Source of the DNA: a virus
Taxonomy: Duplodnaviria > Heunggongvirae > Uroviricota > Caudoviricetes
Length of the DNA stretch: 9,448 nt
IMG/VR virus record: IMGVR_UViG_2563366961_000004
Coordinates: 1 to 9,448 of that record
Direction: 5' to 3' (one strand)
In this document: positions 7,347 through 9,448 of the stretch, one piece after another
Numbering within the stretch: the stretch's first letter is position 1
How the letters are laid out: each line of letters starts with the position of its first letter
Program-made: the position numbers and the translations under genes
Notes under the pieces: model-generated
Told to the model about the DNA's origin: nothing
What the model saw: only the letters and a program-made list of their open reading frames with translations
Database searches by the model: none

Positions 7347-7380
7347 TGCGCGCAGTATAAGAATTAAATAGGTATGGATT

Positions 7381-9075
7381 TTAAAATCCATCAAGTAGCT
7401 GATTGATACCATTGCTCTCATCACAATTTATTTGCTCTAACTCAAATAAAGCACTGTCGTACTTTATTTGGGGAGTGTTTTCAAATGACAATAAAGATTC
7501 GATTAGTCTTATTTCTTTATCTTTATTTATGTCTTTAAGTGAGTCTAAAGTTAAATTGAATTTAACTTCGGGTTGTTTTCCTACTTCCATCATGATATTT
7601 GACTCCAACTCTGGATCAGTATTGAAGAATCGATGTGTCTTATGGAAATAACTAGGTTTTCTTGATTTTAAAATACTTAGTATATCCGACTTGATAGTGC
7701 TTTCCCGTGCTATCACAAGCCAATGGTTGGCAACCCCTGTGATGGTGGTAATGATGTGGGAGCCATTTTCACTTAGTTCATTAAAGGCTCTTAAGTCACC
7801 CTTGAAAAAATCATTTAGCAACTCATTTTCTTTATCTTTATCAAAAAGGTAAATTATTGAATTGCCGGCTAATGATATTTCAGCCTTGGTTTTTATAGTA
7901 TCGCAATTAAATTGCGCGGTCTCATTTTTTAATTCTTCGTAAGATGATTTTAAGTCTAAAAGCAAGCATTTTATTATACTTGATCTGAAAGATGAGTAAT
8001 CAATATCAGCACAAAGTGAAAATAAATTTCTGTGACGAATGGATTCAGGGCTGTAATATAGCTTTGTTAATATTTCTTTTTGGCGTTCTTTTGTGTCACG
8101 ACAGATAAACATAGCTGCAAAATATTCCATTAATGATTTGTGTGACCAACGAATAATAGCGCCTTCTTTGACAAATAATGGAACGGTTTCAATTAAGTCC
8201 TGAATAAAAAGAGATGGTGAAGTTGATATTCCGGGAATTTTTGAAATGATATTTTGCAATGTTATTTGCAGATCGTCTTTCGTAAACTCAATTTTACCTC
8301 CGTCTTTCAAACACCAAAAACCTAATCTCCTTAAGACCTGATGGAAGTCAGTGGAGTCTAGCTTAGAAAATTTTTCTCTAACATAACCAAGTTCTTTAGT
8401 TAAATCATGAGACTCATACAAAGCGTCAAATACTTGGCTATAAAATAACTCTCTTTTTCTTGGTATTATCGGTTTGAATTTATATGCACAAAATAATAAT
8501 GAAACATAAAGAGGTGTGGATAAAAATTCATTTAGATTATGACCATTCTCCAGTCGTAATCCTTTAATTAATTGAGATGAAATAGGGCCACGTCCATCAT
8601 ATCGACGTAATAGATCATACGCTTGATTCGTTTCTAATGGGTTGATTTTAAATCTTGAGAAACCATGTAGTTCTGATAAGAAATTATCATGACGAGAAGT
8701 TATAATTATTTTGCTTTCTGAGAAATTATTAGCAAAGGTACTTAGTAAATTTACGATCTTGGATTTGAGTTGTTGTGGGATTTCATCTATGCCATCGAAA
8801 AGATAAATAAAAGGGATTTTTTTGAGGCAGTTGTCTGAAATGTCTTCTCCTAAACCAAGTTGATGTTTCACCTGTAGCGCAAAATCATAATCTTTAGCAC
8901 GTCGTAATTCAATGTATATTGGAATGTATTCCTTATTAGCGATGCAATCTAAAGCAATTCTTTTCATTAGGGTGGACTTACCCATTCCTGCTGAGTCAGT
9001 GATTAATATATGATTGAAATTATCTAATAAATCTGCATTGTCTTTTATTAGGCATGTGTATGGTTTTTTTTTCAT
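7381..9075 (-). CDS. NACHT-type STAND NTPase (564 aa as drawn) with a ~230-aa C-terminal region of unknown fold; candidate anti-phage defence protein
   Basis: Walker A ITDSAGMGKST (aa 24-34); Walker B of the NACHT hhhhDGxDE type (IYLFDGIDEI); sensor-1-like IIITSR. AT-rich, unlike the P4-like core. The ATG sits directly on an A9 run and has no SD, and the upstream ORF joins it with a 1-nt shift, so this may be the downstream part of one larger gene. Confidence 0.8.
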   Translation of the reverse strand: MKKKPYTCLIKDNADLLDNFNHILITDSAGMGKSTLMKRIALDCIANKEYIPIYIELRRAKDYDFALQVKHQLGLGEDISDNCLKKIPFIYLFDGIDEIPQQLKSKIVNLLSTFANNFSESKIIITSRHDNFLSELHGFSRFKINPLETNQAYDLLRRYDGRGPISSQLIKGLRLENGHNLNEFLSTPLYVSLLFCAYKFKPIIPRKRELFYSQVFDALYESHDLTKELGYVREKFSKLDSTDFHQVLRRLGFWCLKDGGKIEFTKDDLQITLQNIISKIPGISTSPSLFIQDLIETVPLFVKEGAIIRWSHKSLMEYFAAMFICRDTKERQKEILTKLYYSPESIRHRNLFSLCADIDYSSFRSSIIKCLLLDLKSSYEELKNETAQFNCDTIKTKAEISLAGNSIIYLFDKDKENELLNDFFKGDLRAFNELSENGSHIITTITGVANHWLVIARESTIKSDILSILKSRKPSYFHKTHRFFNTDPELESNIMMEVGKQPEVKFNLTLDSLKDINKDKEIRLIESLLSFENTPQIKYDSALFELEQINCDESNGINQLLDGF

Positions 9076-9340
9076 TATCGTAATAAATGCTCATTGGCTC
9101 ATAAATATCTAGAAGCTCTACTGGAGTATTTTGAAAAGCTAAGGTATTCACAAGGGAGCATTGCCCTTTCACATTTGATAGGAAACGTTCAAGATTTTTA
9201 TTCAAGAAGCGTGCTGCATGTACATCTATTAAATAATTACGAACACTACTTTCTATGATAGGTAATATTTTATTCTTAATAACCTCCTTTGCCCATGGAA
9301 GGGATGCAGAGACTAATACATCAAGAGATACTGGTTGCAT
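9020..9340 (-). CDS. 106-aa ORF encoding a probable N-terminal module (~92 aa before the A9 tract) of the NACHT protein; separate frame, overlapping the NTPase ORF by 56 nt
   Basis: ATG at 9340 with a weak AAGG SD. Reads through the A9 tract as ...DNEKKT... and stops 18 codons later. Deleting one A gives an in-frame junction ...YYDNEKK-PYTCLIKDNADLL... with the NTPase. No known effector motif recognised. Confidence 0.5.
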   Translation of the reverse strand: MQPVSLDVLVSASLPWAKEVIKNKILPIIESSVRNYLIDVHAARFLNKNLERFLSNVKGQCSLVNTLAFQNTPVELLDIYEPMSIYYDNEKKTIHMPNKRQCRFIR

Positions 9341-9448
9341 GAATTATACCTTATTTTGGTAATGACTCCAACTTATTGATAGTGTTTTATGTTCAGATAA
9401 TGCCCGATGACTTTGTCATGCAGCTCCACCGATTTTGAGAACGACAGC

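Noticed and set aside
7403-7651. 82-aa + strand ORF inside the NTPase gene
   Set aside because: Antisense to the motif-supported NACHT CDS in AT-rich DNA, where spurious ORFs are common; low-complexity translation.
9343-9378. Perfect TATAAT 2 nt upstream of the cargo ORF ATG as a promoter
   Set aside because: The hexamer is too close to the ATG for a normal leader, since a start site about 7 nt downstream would fall inside the coding sequence, and the best -35 (TTGGAG) is poor. It is probably chance in AT-rich DNA, though an internal or leaderless start cannot be excluded.

Overview
This window is almost the whole core of a P4-like satellite phage (phage-parasitic integrative element), followed by an AT-rich cargo module. 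Reading left to right on the + strand: a crr-like pair of ~105-bp direct repeats with TGTTCACC-type iterons (1-295); a leftward operon on the - strand with the alpha primase-helicase (777 aa; zinc ribbon, EGYATA, GPGGSGKS), then upstream of it 106-aa, 151-aa, 95-aa and 65-aa ORFs joined by overlapping start/stop codons; an untranslated immunity-like leader (about 4098-4430) with repeated GCGUGGAAAC boxes, a complementary box, an intrinsic terminator and a candidate constitutive promoter; an AlpA/Vis-family gene; an ori-like cluster of six iterons flanked by two TGT-N12-ACA dyads of the kind used by Ogr/Delta-type activators; the rightward sid-delta-psu operon; and the 19-nt P2/P4 cohesive-end sequence GGCGAGGCGGGGAAAGCAC (7328-7346). 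Directly after cos the composition turns AT-rich. That segment (about 7355-9340) carries a NACHT-type STAND NTPase gene (564 aa) on the - strand, preceded by a 106-aa ORF in another frame that overlaps it at an A9 homopolymer. Removing one A would fuse the two into one ~652-aa protein. This cargo sits where P4 itself carries gop-beta-cII, a position reported to hold variable anti-phage defence genes, and is the best candidate here for an undescribed system. No integrase, att site, tRNA, rRNA, CRISPR array or IS element is visible. All calls rest on reading the sequence and on recalled family knowledge; no database search was run.
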